Shown: positions 19,240 through 32,422 of the stretch, one piece after another
How the letters are laid out: every line of letters begins with the position of its first letter
Position numbering within the stretch: the stretch's first letter is position 1
Source: an uncultured bacterium
GTDB taxonomy: Bacteria; Actinomycetota; Acidimicrobiia; Spongiisociales; UBA5794
Direction of reading: 5' to 3'
DNA length: 64,000 bases
Assembly (NCBI GenBank): GCA_963801165.1
Contig: CAWDDT010000004.1
Location: 256,001 to 320,000, forward strand
Notes under the pieces: generated by a model
Told to the model about the DNA's origin: nothing
Database searches by the model: none
Seen by the model: only the letters and a program-made list of their open reading frames with translations
Position numbers and translations under genes: made by a program

Positions 19240-20757
19240 ATGCGGGTGGTCACGATCGACGGTGGACCGCTGGCGATCGGTGACGTGGTCGCGGTTGCCG
19301 ACGGGGTGGCGACGGTTGAGATTGGTTCCGGCGTGCCCGAGCGGATGCGCCCCGCTCGGGAACTGGTCGAGCAGTGTGTCGCCGAGAACCGGACCGTCTA
19401 CGGCATCACCACCGGGTTCGGAAGGATGGCTACAACCCACATCGAGCCGGAGCAGGCCGCCCGGCTCCAGGTGGGGCTGCTCCGCAGCCACGCCTCGGGT
19501 GTCGGGGAGCGTCTCAACGACAGAGTCGTGCGGGCGATGATGCTGCTACGGGCCCGTACTCTCTCCCAGGGCTATTCCGGGGTGCGGCCGGTGATCGTGG
19601 AGCGGATCGTCGAGCTGCTCAACCGGGGGCTGCTGCCGGTCGTGCCCGGTCAGGGCTCGGTGGGCGCCTCTGGTGACCTGGCTCCCTTTGCCCATCTGGC
19701 ACTGCCGCTGATCGGCGAAGGCACGGTGCGGGTCGACGGGAAGGAGCAGGGTGCGGGTGCGGCGCTGGCGGCTGCCGGGCTGACACCGCTGACCCTCGCC
19801 GCCAAGGAGGGCCTCAGCCTGCTCAACGGCACCGAGGGCATGCTCACACTCGGGGTGCTCGCCCTGGACCGCGCGTGGACTCTGGCGAACGCCGCCGACA
19901 TAGCCTGCGCCCTGTCCGTCGAGGGCTTGCTCGGGTCGTCTAAGCCGTTCCAGCCGCGGATCCACGAGTTGCGTCCCCATCCCGGCCAGATCCGTTCTGC
20001 GGCGAACATCGCCGGTTTGCTGGAGGGGTCCGCCATCGTCGCCAGCCACGCCGACGACATGGTGCACGCAGTCCAGGACGCCTACAGCTTGCGTTGCGCC
20101 CCGCAGGTTCACGGCGCCAGCCGGGACACCATGACTCATGCCGAATCGGTGTTCGTCCGAGAGCTCGGCTCGGTCGTCGACAATCCCATAGTGTTCGCCG
20201 ACGACGGCACCGTTGTTTCCGGAGGCAACTTCCACGGCCAGCCGCTGGCGGTAGTGCTCGACTTCCTCGCGGTTGTCGCCACCGAGCTCGGGTCGATCTC
20301 CGAGCGCAGGACCGATCGGCTGCTCGACCCCGACCGGTCCGCCGGGCTGCCGCCGTTCCTGGCGCCCACCCCCGGCCTGAATTCGGGGTACATGCTGGCC
20401 CAGTACACAGCGGCGGCATTGGTGGCGGAGAACCGGGTGCTGTCGCATCCGGCGTCGGTGGAGTCGATCCCTACCTCGGGTCTGCAGGAGGATCATGTTT
20501 CCATGGGCTGGGGCGCCGGCCGCAAGCTGCACGAGGTGCTTGCCAACACTGCAAATGTGCTTGCGGTCGAGATCATGTGTGCGGTAGCGGCGGTAGAGCA
20601 CAGGCAGCCGCTCCAGCCGGGGGAGCGCACCGGGGCGGTGTGCCGGCTGATCCGCGACCACGTCGCCCCACTCGAAGATGACCGGCCGATCGGGCCCGAC
20701 ATAGAGACGATCGCCCGATTGATCGAAGCGGGAGAGCTCAACCAGTTCTTCGAGTAG
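19240..20757 (+). CDS. hutH: Histidine ammonia-lyase
   Basis: VYGITTGFG, LLRSH, GSVGASGDLAP (MIO), QDAYSLRCAPQVHG, GGNFHG, QEDHVSMG. Confidence 0.95.
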   Translation: MRVVTIDGGPLAIGDVVAVADGVATVEIGSGVPERMRPARELVEQCVAENRTVYGITTGFGRMATTHIEPEQAARLQVGLLRSHASGVGERLNDRVVRAMMLLRARTLSQGYSGVRPVIVERIVELLNRGLLPVVPGQGSVGASGDLAPFAHLALPLIGEGTVRVDGKEQGAGAALAAAGLTPLTLAAKEGLSLLNGTEGMLTLGVLALDRAWTLANAADIACALSVEGLLGSSKPFQPRIHELRPHPGQIRSAANIAGLLEGSAIVASHADDMVHAVQDAYSLRCAPQVHGASRDTMTHAESVFVRELGSVVDNPIVFADDGTVVSGGNFHGQPLAVVLDFLAVVATELGSISERRTDRLLDPDRSAGLPPFLAPTPGLNSGYMLAQYTAAALVAENRVLSHPASVESIPTSGLQEDHVSMGWGAGRKLHEVLANTANVLAVEIMCAVAAVEHRQPLQPGERTGAVCRLIRDHVAPLEDDRPIGPDIETIARLIEAGELNQFFE

Positions 20758-20820
20758 CAGGCTGATCGCAGCTGTTCCGTGCGTACAATGGGTAAATCAC
20801 CACCAAAAGGGAGTAATGCT

Positions 20821-21057
20821 ATGAGTTTCATGGACACCGTCAAGGGATGGTTCTCGAAGGCAAAGGACACCGCAGGCGATGTGGCCGAGAAGACCGGTGA
20901 CATGGCCGAAGGCGCCTGGGACAAGAGCAAGGGCGTCGCCGGAGACGTGGCCGGGAAAGCCGGTGACGCGGCGGAGAAGGCCTGGGACAAGACCAAGGAC
21001 GTCGCCGGGGGCATCAAGGACAAGCTCGACGGTGACGACAAGGATGCGCCTGCATAG
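20821..21057 (+). CDS. Small hydrophilic LEA-like/CsbD-like protein with 11-residue repeats
   Basis: GGAG RBS; repeats DKSKGVAGDVA / DKTKDVAGGIK; own terminator. Confidence 0.75.
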   Translation: MSFMDTVKGWFSKAKDTAGDVAEKTGDMAEGAWDKSKGVAGDVAGKAGDAAEKAWDKTKDVAGGIKDKLDGDDKDAPA

Positions 21058-21071
21058 GGCTACTGAAGCCG

Positions 21072-21106
21072 AGGCCGCCGGTCCTGCCGGCGGCCTTTTT
21101 TCTTTT
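21072..21106 (+). terminator. Intrinsic terminator
   Basis: AGGCCGCCGG-TCCTG-CCGGCGGCCT followed by a T-rich run. Confidence 0.9.
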
Positions 21107-21206
21107 CACGCACCCGGATTCCTATTCACGCACCCGGATTCCTATTCACGCACCCGGATGCCTTTTCACGTACCCGGATTCCTATTCACGGACCCGGGAT
21201 TTCTTT

Positions 21207-21217
<11 letters not shown>
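21105..21217. repeat. About 5.5 x 20-bp degenerate tandem repeat TTCACGCACCCGGATTCCTA
   Basis: Units at 21105, 21125, 21145, 21165, 21185, 21206; the last is the final codons and stop of the CapA gene. Confidence 0.93.
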
Positions 21218-23594
<2,377 letters not shown>

Positions 23595-23708
23595 CGATTG
23601 CCGATCGTCGGCGCCAGGTTGCGTGTTTTTCGGTCGTTTTCGCGTTCGAAGTGAGGATTCTGTTTGTGGACATGCCTGCGCCGATCCGTCGGGTAGCCTC
23701 CCGGGAGC

Positions 23709-24701
23709 ATGGCCGCCATCCGCGTCGACTCCCTGACCAAGACGTATCGCGTCCCCGTTCGCGCCTCGGGGCTGCGCGCCTCGCTGCGCAGTCTGATCCA
23801 CCGCCGGCATCGTGACATAAGGGCGGTTGACGAGATCTCGTTCAGCATCGAGGCAGGAGAGGTCGTCGGCTTCCTCGGACCGAACGGCGCAGGCAAGACC
23901 ACAACGCTGAAGATGCTGTCCGGCTTGCTGTATCCCGACGGCGGCGTTGCTGAGGTGCTGGGTCACACTCCTTCGGAACGGCGGCGCGAGTTCCTGAGCC
24001 GGATCACCCTGGTGATGGGCAACCGGAACCAGCTCAACTGGGATCTTCCGGCGATGGACTCGTTCGAGCTGAACAAGTCGATATACCGGCTCGACACGGC
24101 AGCCTTTGAGGCGGCCCGGGACGAGTTCATAGAGTTGCTTGATCTCGGTGGGCTGGTAGACAAACCGGTGCGCAACCTGTCGCTCGGCGAGCGGATGAAG
24201 GTCGAGGTGGCCGGGGCGCTGCTGCACCGGCCGGAAGTGCTGTTTCTCGACGAGCCCACCATCGGCCTGGACGTCACCGCCCAACGCAAGCTACGCCAGT
24301 TCGTCGCGGAGTACAGCCGAAGGCAGGGGGCAACTGTGATGCTCACCAGCCACTACATGGCCGATGTCGTGGCACTGGCCAACCGGGTCATCGTGATTCA
24401 CCACGGCACCCTGCTCTATGACGGCGATCTCGCCGGTTTGTCCCAGCAGTTTGCGGGGCACAAGACGATTACCGTGACCATGCCGGTACCGCCGTCGGAC
24501 CTGACGCGATACGGGAAGGAGATCGCCCGTGACGTCGACAAGGTCACCTTCGAGGTGCCACGCTCCGAAACGTCCCGGCTGGCTGCCCGGCTGCTCGCCG
24601 ATTTCGAGATCTCGGATCTCACGATCGAGGACCCACCGATCGAAGAGGTGATCGAGCGAGTCTTCGAGTCGGAGGTGGGCGGCGACGAGGAGACCGCATG
24701 A
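23709..24701 (+). CDS. ABC-2 type transporter ATP-binding protein
   Basis: GPNGAGKT, LSLGERMK, FLDEPTIGLD, TSHYM. Confidence 0.92.
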   Translation: MAAIRVDSLTKTYRVPVRASGLRASLRSLIHRRHRDIRAVDEISFSIEAGEVVGFLGPNGAGKTTTLKMLSGLLYPDGGVAEVLGHTPSERRREFLSRITLVMGNRNQLNWDLPAMDSFELNKSIYRLDTAAFEAARDEFIELLDLGGLVDKPVRNLSLGERMKVEVAGALLHRPEVLFLDEPTIGLDVTAQRKLRQFVAEYSRRQGATVMLTSHYMADVVALANRVIVIHHGTLLYDGDLAGLSQQFAGHKTITVTMPVPPSDLTRYGKEIARDVDKVTFEVPRSETSRLAARLLADFEISDLTIEDPPIEEVIERVFESEVGGDEETA

Positions 24702-25501
24702 CAGCTCTCGCCCGCCTGTACGTCGGATGGGCTCGCATCGCGATCCTGGAACAGTTCCAGTACCGCGTTGCCAACTACTTCTACATGATCGGCATGGTCG
24801 CAGAGCCGGTCATCTACCTGGTGGTGTGGTCGACCGTCGCCCGCCAGAGCGGAGGCTCGGTTGGAGGGTTTGCTCCTGCCGATCTAGCGGCCTACTACAT
24901 CGTGTGGACCCTGGTGCGGAACATGAACATCGTGCTCACCCCGTTTGCTTGGGAGCAGCGCATCAAAGAAGGAGAATTATCCGCCGAGTTGCTGCGGCCG
25001 GTGCACCCTATCCATCGCGACCTCGCCTATTTCGGGGGCTGGAAATTCGTCGTGATCATCATGTGGCTGCCGATCGCCGTTGTCCTGACGTTGGTGTTTC
25101 GTCCGGCGCTCGATCCGACGTGGCTCGAGATCGGCTTCTTCTCAATTGCTTTGTGGGGAGGTTTTTTCGTTCGGTTCTTCGCCCTCTGGGCGCTCGGTCT
25201 CGTCACATTGTGGACGACCCGTGTCTCGGCGCTCTTCAACCTGTACTTCACCGCCGAGTTGCTGTTGTCCGGGCGGCTGGTGCCGCTATCGCTGATGCCG
25301 GGTTGGGCCCAGAGCCTGGCCAACTTCCTGCCTTTTCAATGGGCGTTTCAGTTTCCGATCGAGGTTCTCATCGGCCGACGCACCACTAGTGAGATCTGGT
25401 TCGGGCTTGGCATGCAGGTGCTCTGGACCGTCGTGGCATTGGGGCTTACCGCGTTGTTGTGGAAACGGGGAACCCGTCGGTTCGCGGCGGTGGGCGGATG
25501 A
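24698..25501 (+). CDS. ABC-2 family (DUF990-type) permease
   Basis: IKEGELSAELLRP, LSGRLVPL; about 6 TMs; ATGA overlap. Confidence 0.85.
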   Translation: MTALARLYVGWARIAILEQFQYRVANYFYMIGMVAEPVIYLVVWSTVARQSGGSVGGFAPADLAAYYIVWTLVRNMNIVLTPFAWEQRIKEGELSAELLRPVHPIHRDLAYFGGWKFVVIIMWLPIAVVLTLVFRPALDPTWLEIGFFSIALWGGFFVRFFALWALGLVTLWTTRVSALFNLYFTAELLLSGRLVPLSLMPGWAQSLANFLPFQWAFQFPIEVLIGRRTTSEIWFGLGMQVLWTVVALGLTALLWKRGTRRFAAVGG

Positions 25502-26283
25502 ACCTGTTTCGGCTGGCGTGGGCCCATCTCAAGGTCGGCTCGATGAACGAGGCGCAGTACCGGGTCAACTTCTTCATCCAGATCTTCCAGTCTGCGCTGG
25601 CCCTCGGCACGGGGCTGATCGGTCTGTGGTTGGTGTTCAACCAGACTTCGGATCTGGCTGGATGGAGCGCACCCGAGCTGCTGGCGGTCATGGGTGTGCA
25701 CATCATCATGGGGGGTGTCATCCAGACGATCATTCAGCCGAACATGGCGCGATTGATGGGCGATGTGCACCGGGGCACGCTCGACTACGCGTTGACCAAG
25801 CCCGCAGACTCTCAACTACTCGTGTCGATCCGTGAAGTCCACATCTGGAGCCTCGTTGATGTGGTCACCGGCATCGTGTTACTCGGAGTCGCAGTGACCA
25901 AGATGACGCGTGGGGTTGGTTGGATCGACTCGCTTGGTTTCGCTGCTGCGCTTGTGCTCGGCGCGGTGATGATCTATTGCTTCTGGTTGATCCTGACGAC
26001 AACCGCCTTCCGGGTGGTGCGGGTCGAGAACATCCTCGAGTTGTTCCAGGGGATATACCAGGCCGGCAGGTGGCCGGTCGGCATCTACCCGCTGTGGATG
26101 CGCGGCAGCCTGACCTTCCTGATACCCGTTGCGTTCGCCGTAACGGTTCCAGCCGAGTCGTTGACCAGCCGGCTCAGCACCGGGACCTTCATGGTCGCCG
26201 TCGTATTCACGGCGGCGCTGGTCGTGGTCACGCGGATCGTGTGGCGGATCGGCCTGAGGTACTACAGCGGTGCGTCGTCGTGA
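25498..26283 (+). CDS. ABC-2 family (DUF990-type) permease
   Basis: GTLDYALTKP, RWPVGIYP, GLRYYSGASS end; ATGA overlap. Confidence 0.85.
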   Translation: MNLFRLAWAHLKVGSMNEAQYRVNFFIQIFQSALALGTGLIGLWLVFNQTSDLAGWSAPELLAVMGVHIIMGGVIQTIIQPNMARLMGDVHRGTLDYALTKPADSQLLVSIREVHIWSLVDVVTGIVLLGVAVTKMTRGVGWIDSLGFAAALVLGAVMIYCFWLILTTTAFRVVRVENILELFQGIYQAGRWPVGIYPLWMRGSLTFLIPVAFAVTVPAESLTSRLSTGTFMVAVVFTAALVVVTRIVWRIGLRYYSGASS

Positions 26284-26355
26284 CCCCTGCGCGCCGACAA
26301 GTGTGCGCCGCTTCCGGTCGGTAGTGTGGGGTCAGCAGGCACCAAGGAGAGTCGA

Positions 26356-28011
26356 ATGTCCGGACCCCGCCCGGTCAGGGCCCCCAGGGGAACACAACTC
26401 CGCACCAGGGGATGGCTACAGGAGGCGGCGCTTCGCTGCCTGATGAACAACCTCGACCCGGAGGTGGCGGAGAAGCCCGACGAACTCGTGGTCTACGGGG
26501 GGAGAGGCAAGGCGGCTCGCAACTGGGATGCGTTCGACGCCATCGTCCGTAATCTGGAGACGCTCGAAAACGACGAGACGCTGCTCGTGCAGTCCGGCAA
26601 GCCGGTGGGGAGATTCCGCACCCACGAGATGGCGCCCCGGGTGCTCATCGCCAACAGCAACCTCGTTCCCGAGTGGGCCACCTGGGAGCATTTCTGGGAG
26701 CTCGAGGCGGCCGGCTTGATGATGTACGGCCAGATGACCGCCGGGTCGTGGATCTATATCGGCACCCAGGGGATACTCCAAGGCACCTACCAGACGTTCG
26801 TCGCGCTCGCCGAGAAGCTGTTCGGCGGCACGCTCGCCGGCACGCTCACCCTCACCGGCGGGCTCGGGGGGATGGGCGGCGCCCAGCCTCTGGCGATCAC
26901 TATGTGTGACGGGGTGGCCCTCTGTGTCGACGTGAACCCACGGCACATACAGCGCAGGGTCGACCACCGTTATCTCGACGTATTCGCCGGCTCTCTCGAC
27001 GAGGCGGTAGATCTAGCGCTCGGTGCCAAGGAGGACCGCCGACCGCTCTCCATCGGCGTTGTCGGCAACGCCGCCGACGTGTTCCCGGAGTTGCTCCGGC
27101 GCGGGGTCGACATCGACGTTGTCACCGATCAAACCTCCGCACACGACCCGCTCAACGGCTACGTCCCGGCCGGGTACTCACTCGAGGAGGCTGCCGATCT
27201 CCGCGCCGACGACCCGGCCGCCTACATAAAGGCCGCCAGGGAATCGATGGCGGTCCACTGCGAGGCCATGGTGGGCTTTCATCGTGCTGGGGCCGAGGTC
27301 TTCGATTACGGCAACAACCTCCGCGGTGAGGCGAAGCTTGGGGGGTTCCAGGACGCTTTCGAGTACCCCGGGTTTGTGCCGGCGTACATCAGGCCGCTGT
27401 TCTGCGAGGGGCTGGGACCGTTCCGCTGGGTGGCGTTGTCTGGAGACCCTGCCGACATCGCGGCCACGGATCGGGCAGTGCTCGATCTCTTTCCCGAGAA
27501 TCGGGCGCTGGCGCGGTGGATCGAGATGGCGTCCGAGCGGGTCCAATTCCAGGGTCTACCGGCCCGCATCTGCTGGCTCGGCTACGGGGAGCGACACCGG
27601 GCAGGTCTGGCATTCAACGACCTCGTTGCCTCAGGGGCGATCCAGGCTCCGATCGTGATCGGGCGTGACCATCTCGACTCGGGATCGGTGGCCTCGCCCT
27701 ACCGGGAGACGGAGGCGATGAAGGACGGCTCTGACGCCGTCGCCGACTGGCCACTGCTCAACGCGCTGCTCAACACCGCTTCCGGCGCAGCCTGGGTGGC
27801 GATCCATCACGGCGGTGGTGTCGGTATCGGCAAGTCCATCCATGCCGGTGCCCAGGTCGTCGCCGACGGAACCGAGCAAGGTGCGCTACGGCTGGAGCGG
27901 GTGCTCACCAACGATCCGGGTACCGGCATCATCCGCCATGTCGACGCCGGGTACGAGACGGCCGTGCGGGCCGCAGCCGAACGAGGTGTCATCATCCCGA
28001 TGCAGGAGTAG
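26356..28011 (+). CDS. hutU: Urocanate hydratase
   Basis: [49 protein letters not shown]; AAGGAG RBS. Confidence 0.96.
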   Translation: MSGPRPVRAPRGTQLRTRGWLQEAALRCLMNNLDPEVAEKPDELVVYGGRGKAARNWDAFDAIVRNLETLENDETLLVQSGKPVGRFRTHEMAPRVLIANSNLVPEWATWEHFWELEAAGLMMYGQMTAGSWIYIGTQGILQGTYQTFVALAEKLFGGTLAGTLTLTGGLGGMGGAQPLAITMCDGVALCVDVNPRHIQRRVDHRYLDVFAGSLDEAVDLALGAKEDRRPLSIGVVGNAADVFPELLRRGVDIDVVTDQTSAHDPLNGYVPAGYSLEEAADLRADDPAAYIKAARESMAVHCEAMVGFHRAGAEVFDYGNNLRGEAKLGGFQDAFEYPGFVPAYIRPLFCEGLGPFRWVALSGDPADIAATDRAVLDLFPENRALARWIEMASERVQFQGLPARICWLGYGERHRAGLAFNDLVASGAIQAPIVIGRDHLDSGSVASPYRETEAMKDGSDAVADWPLLNALLNTASGAAWVAIHHGGGVGIGKSIHAGAQVVADGTEQGALRLERVLTNDPGTGIIRHVDAGYETAVRAAAERGVIIPMQE

Positions 28012-29240
28012 TGGTGCACCCCGGCTCGATTGCCCTCACCAACATCGGTCAACTGGTCACCAACGACCCTGCGCGGGGCGACCTGCTCGGGGTTGTCGCC
28101 GACGCCGTCGTCGTGATCGAAGATGGGGTTGTCGTGTGGGCCGGGGAGCGCACCGAGATGCCGGACGCGTTCGATGCCGTCGATTGTGAAGGGAGGGCGG
28201 TCCTCCCCGGTTTCGTCGATCCCCACACCCACGCGGCCTTTGCCGGTGACCGGTCCGACGAGTTCGCCCGCAGGCTGCGAGGGGAGAGCTACGAGCAGAT
28301 CATGGCGAGCGGGGGTGGTATCCAGTCAACCGTTGCCGCGACCCGCCGGGCATCGCGTGACGAGCTGATCCATCTCACCACTAACCGGCTGCTGCGGATG
28401 AGAGGCTCCGGAGCGACGACGGTCGAGATCAAGTCCGGGTACGGGCTCGACGGGGAGCACGAGCTGATGCTTCTCGAGGTGGCCGCCGTCGCCGGAGCAG
28501 CGGCCGGCGTCGATGTTGTGCCGACCTTCCTCGGGGCGCACACGACCCCGCCGGAGTTCACCGGAGATGCCGACGGTTATGTCGACTACCTCATCGAGCA
28601 GGTATTGCCGGAGTGTGCCCCGCACGCCCGGTTCTGTGACGTGTTCTGCGACGAGGGAGTCTTCACGGTCGACCAGGCCAGACGTGTGCTCGTCGCCGGC
28701 AAGGCCCATGGGCTGGTTCCCCGCCTGCATGCCAACCAGCTGGCTCGCTCGGGCGGGGTGCAGCTTGCGGCCGAAGTGGGTGCGATCAGTGCCGACCACC
28801 TCGATCATCTCGAAGACGACGATATCGAGCTTGTGCGGGCGGCCGGTATCGTTGCGGTGATGCTGCCCGGGGTGGCGTTCTCGTTGCGACTGCCGCAGGC
28901 GCGGGGCCGTGACCTGTGGGATGCGGGAGTCCCGGTAGCGCTGGGAACGGACTGCAACCCGGGGACGTCGAACGTCGAGACGATGCCGTTCGTCGTGGCT
29001 CTGGCATGTCTGGAGATGGGGTTATCGCCCGAGCAGGCGGTGTGGAGCGCCACCCGCGGTGGGGCGCTTGCTCTCGGGCTCGAGGACAGGGGTTGGCTGG
29101 GACCCGGTGCCGTGGGCGATCTGGTGATCCTGAACGACACCTCGTACGTGCACCTCGCCTACAGGCCGGACGCACCGCATGTCGCCGGCGTCATCAAGCG
29201 CGGTGTTCGCCGCGACGCCCTCAGCCCCGGGCGGCAGTGA
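28011..29240 (+). CDS. hutI: Imidazolonepropionase
   Basis: PGFVDPHTH, EIKSGYGL, FLGAH, SADHL, GTDCNPG. Confidence 0.94.
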   Translation: MVHPGSIALTNIGQLVTNDPARGDLLGVVADAVVVIEDGVVVWAGERTEMPDAFDAVDCEGRAVLPGFVDPHTHAAFAGDRSDEFARRLRGESYEQIMASGGGIQSTVAATRRASRDELIHLTTNRLLRMRGSGATTVEIKSGYGLDGEHELMLLEVAAVAGAAAGVDVVPTFLGAHTTPPEFTGDADGYVDYLIEQVLPECAPHARFCDVFCDEGVFTVDQARRVLVAGKAHGLVPRLHANQLARSGGVQLAAEVGAISADHLDHLEDDDIELVRAAGIVAVMLPGVAFSLRLPQARGRDLWDAGVPVALGTDCNPGTSNVETMPFVVALACLEMGLSPEQAVWSATRGGALALGLEDRGWLGPGAVGDLVILNDTSYVHLAYRPDAPHVAGVIKRGVRRDALSPGRQ

Positions 29241-30978
29241 CCCATGGTTCGTCGAGCTCGTTGACGTCCGGCGGTCCGAGGGGGAGGCTGAGCACGAACT
29301 CGCTGCCCACCGGATGGCTGGGGCGGTACACGAGGTCACCGACCATGGCCCGCGCCAGATGCCGGGCGATCGCCAACCCCATGCCATAGCCCCGAACCCT
29401 GCTTCCGTCCTTCTCCCCGCGGTCCCAGAACCGGAAGACACTGGCGGCCAACTCCGGGGGGACGCCGGGGCCCCGATCTGACACCACGATGTCGCAACCC
29501 GACCCCACCACGGCTGCCGACACGGCAACGCCGACCTTGCCGTACTTGGCGGCGTTCTCGACCAGGTTGCGGATGACCTGAACCAGCCGGTCGGGATCTG
29601 CGATCAGGGTGATCGACGGGTCGATGGTCGTCTCGACCGCGACCCCGTAGCGGCTGTCGACCAGGCTGATCGCCTCGGTAGCCGCTTGTTTGAGGTTGAT
29701 GATGCCCAGATGGAGCCGGAGCCGGCCGGTCTCGAGATGCGAGAGCGTCAGCAGATCGTCGACGAGAAGCGACAGGTGCGTCGACTGTCGGAGGATGATG
29801 GATAGGAATTCGGCGATCTCGGGCTCGGTGAGCGCCGTCCAGTCGTTGCTCAGCATCTCTGCGAATCCGGAGATCGCGGTTGCCGGTGTGCGCAGCTCGT
29901 GTGACACCATGCGCATGAAGCGGTTGCGGTTGTCGATCAGATCCTGTTCCCGTTGCCTGGCGACGGTGCGGCTGCGGTTGAACCAGTGGGCGATCAGGCC
30001 AAAGCAGGCGAGGACGACGAGAAGGAGCGGGGCGACGATACCGGTCACCAGCCGGATCTGCCTGGCGGTCTCGATCCGGTCGTCGAGGTTCTGCCGGGTG
30101 GATTCGAGCGCGGCGTTCACCATCTCGTCGATCGATCGCTGGGTGGCGTCTGCGGCGGCGTACGCTTCGTCGATCGATACAACGACCGGGCTTCGGTTGG
30201 CGACATTGAGCACCACGTTGTCGAGCGTGCTCATCGCATCGCTGGACACAAGCGAGCTGATCGCGTCCTGTGACGGTCCCGGCGTGCCGGCGGCCTCCAG
30301 GTCGGCGGCAAAGGCCGCGCTCGGAACTGGGGTCTCAGCGACGATCTCGGCAGGTATCTCCAACCGGTCCATGAACCGGCTCACGAAATCGGGGATGCCC
30401 TGGCCCCGCCGGCTCGCCCGCTCCACATCGAGATAGAAGTACTGCCAGACCGAAGATGGCAGCGACGCCAGGTTCTCGAGGGTGGCGATCTCCCCGGCGT
30501 GGTGCTCCTCGGCAGGGACGACGCCGGCGCAGCAGGCGATGTCGAAGACGGTGTCGTAGGCAGCGAGCCGCTCGAACGGATCGGCGATGCTCGCCGGCTC
30601 CTCGATCCCCGGGAGGGCGGCCAGCCAGCGCTGTGCTTCGTGGCCTACGGAGTCTGCCCGGGTAGCGAGGTCCTCGACTCGATCGGCGGCGTTGTTGACG
30701 GCCATGGTGCGCTGGGCGGTGATCGGACTGGCGACCATGGATTGCGCTCCGTTGATCCCGTCGACGACCGTGGCCGCCTGCTCGGCGGCAACGAGGGTGG
30801 CGAGGTCGTGACGCTGCTCTAGTAAGTCCACGGCGGCGCGGTCGCGCTCGGCTCCGCTAATGCGCTGTGCCGCAGATGCCGTGAAGGTCAGCGCGATGGC
30901 GACGGTCGCAACGGCAAGGCCTCCAAGCCCCAATGCGACAAGGAACGTGGTTGCACCCGAGGGTCGTCTACTGGCCAT
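29221..30978 (-). CDS. Orphan membrane sensor histidine kinase
   Basis: Two TMs around a large sensor region; SHELRTP H-box, NLVENAAKY N-box, DRGPG, GYGMGLAI. Confidence 0.88.
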   Translation of the reverse strand: MASRRPSGATTFLVALGLGGLAVATVAIALTFTASAAQRISGAERDRAAVDLLEQRHDLATLVAAEQAATVVDGINGAQSMVASPITAQRTMAVNNAADRVEDLATRADSVGHEAQRWLAALPGIEEPASIADPFERLAAYDTVFDIACCAGVVPAEEHHAGEIATLENLASLPSSVWQYFYLDVERASRRGQGIPDFVSRFMDRLEIPAEIVAETPVPSAAFAADLEAAGTPGPSQDAISSLVSSDAMSTLDNVVLNVANRSPVVVSIDEAYAAADATQRSIDEMVNAALESTRQNLDDRIETARQIRLVTGIVAPLLLVVLACFGLIAHWFNRSRTVARQREQDLIDNRNRFMRMVSHELRTPATAISGFAEMLSNDWTALTEPEIAEFLSIILRQSTHLSLLVDDLLTLSHLETGRLRLHLGIINLKQAATEAISLVDSRYGVAVETTIDPSITLIADPDRLVQVIRNLVENAAKYGKVGVAVSAAVVGSGCDIVVSDRGPGVPPELAASVFRFWDRGEKDGSRVRGYGMGLAIARHLARAMVGDLVYRPSHPVGSEFVLSLPLGPPDVNELDEPWVTAARG

Positions 30979-31035
30979 TGACGTTGTATCGGGCCGTTGC
31001 CGCGGCACCTGAACCCGTCGTGCCAAACTGACCCC

Positions 31036-31839
31036 ATGGTCGTCCCATATCTGAGTGCCGAATACCCGTTGCGTTTTGCGCACCGAGGCTCGAGGGTTTT
31101 GTGGCCTGAGAACACGGCCGAGGCTTTCCAGGGTGCGGTGGACCTCGGCTACACGTACCTGGAGACCGATGTACGCATCACGAGAGACGGCGTGGTTGTA
31201 GTGTTCCACGACGAGACTCTGGAGCGGACAACGAACGGAGCCGGGCCCGTCGACCGGTGGGACTTCGCGGATCTGCAACAGCTCGACGCCGCCTACTGGT
31301 TCGACGAGGCCGATGGATACCCGCGGCGCGGCACAGGGGTCCGGGTGCGGGCGTTGGCCGAGGTTTTCGAGCTTTGGCCGGAAGCACACTTCAACATCGA
31401 TCTGAAGGGACCGAACCTCGAATGGGTGGTGGCCGATCTGATCAAGCGACACGGCATGGAACACAAGACCCTGATCGGCTCATTCGTCGATCACCGCATT
31501 GCCCGGTTCCGGCGAATCACCAGGGGTGAAGTAGCCACATCGGCAGGTCCGGGGTCGGTACTGGCGATGGTGACGGCATCTCGATTCGGAAGGAATGTGC
31601 CCACCAGGGCTCAGGCATACCAGTTGCCATTCGACTACCGCTCCGTGCCGATCGATCGCAGACTGATCGCCGCGATCCATGCGGCCGGAGCCCAAGTGCA
31701 CACCTGGACCGTCAACGAGGCGGTCGACATGCACCGTCTTCTCGACCTGGGGGTGGACGGCATCGTCTCCGATAGGCCCGACGTCCTCAACGACGTGATA
31801 CGAGACAGAGGGGGCAGCAACGGTGGTGCCGATGTCTGA
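31036..31839 (+). CDS. Glycerophosphodiester phosphodiesterase
   Basis: FAHRG, PENT, ETDV, HDETLERTT, NIDLK, WTVN, GVDGIVSDRPD. Confidence 0.92.
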   Translation: MVVPYLSAEYPLRFAHRGSRVLWPENTAEAFQGAVDLGYTYLETDVRITRDGVVVVFHDETLERTTNGAGPVDRWDFADLQQLDAAYWFDEADGYPRRGTGVRVRALAEVFELWPEAHFNIDLKGPNLEWVVADLIKRHGMEHKTLIGSFVDHRIARFRRITRGEVATSAGPGSVLAMVTASRFGRNVPTRAQAYQLPFDYRSVPIDRRLIAAIHAAGAQVHTWTVNEAVDMHRLLDLGVDGIVSDRPDVLNDVIRDRGGSNGGADV

Positions 31840-31898
31840 GGCGAGGCGCTATCCGAGGCGACCCGGCCGCGGGTCGGCGACAAGGTATTCGCGGAGTC

Positions 31899-32270
31899 TT
31901 AGATCCCGGGCGGCGTGTACGGCATGCCCTGCAACTGGATGAGCCGGTGGATGGCGGCGTCCCTGGCTCCGTTGAAATCGGCGCCGGCCACCTCGTAGCG
32001 GCTAATGCCTCTCTCTTGGAGATACACCCGGAACGTGTCACCGTGGGCGAGGATGTACAGGCCGTCCTTGGGTCCGACGATGTTGCGCCCGAGTGCCAGG
32101 AGAGCCGTGGGGTCCGGGATCTCGGAGATGAGATCGATCCATTCGAGGTTGAACGCCGCGTCGTAGTCGGCCGCGTTTGTGGCGCGGCGCCCCAATATTT
32201 GCGACGCCACTCGTTGTGCCCGCAAGGTGAGGATGGCTTCGGCTTGCTCTTGTCGTGTCGGTCGGTCCAT
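31899..32270 (-). CDS. Hypothetical protein (123 aa)
   Basis: Globular-looking composition; fills the gap; no motif recognised. Confidence 0.6.
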   Translation of the reverse strand: MDRPTRQEQAEAILTLRAQRVASQILGRRATNAADYDAAFNLEWIDLISEIPDPTALLALGRNIVGPKDGLYILAHGDTFRVYLQERGISRYEVAGADFNGARDAAIHRLIQLQGMPYTPPGI

Positions 32271-32392
32271 GGAGCAGCGACGTTAGTCGTCGGCGGTGAC
32301 GGGTCAGGCGCTCGGGCAACCGGACCTGGTCGCTCGCCGATCCAGGGCACTCTGCGGAATGCTCATTCCTGCTATGTGAGGGTTGATCTGTG

Positions 32393-32422
32393 TGTCATAC
32401 ACGATATGATTACTGTATGACA
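32393..32422 (+). promoter_or_regulatory. Operator palindrome and -10 box of the mazEF operon
   Basis: Perfect inverted repeat TGTCATACA-N12-TGTATGACA with TATGAT in the spacer; ATG 6 nt after the -10 box. Confidence 0.75.

Noticed and set aside
23595-24284. N-terminal extension making CapA 1025 aa
   Set aside because: Antisense to the ABC ATPase; the real start is just before the TM at 23594
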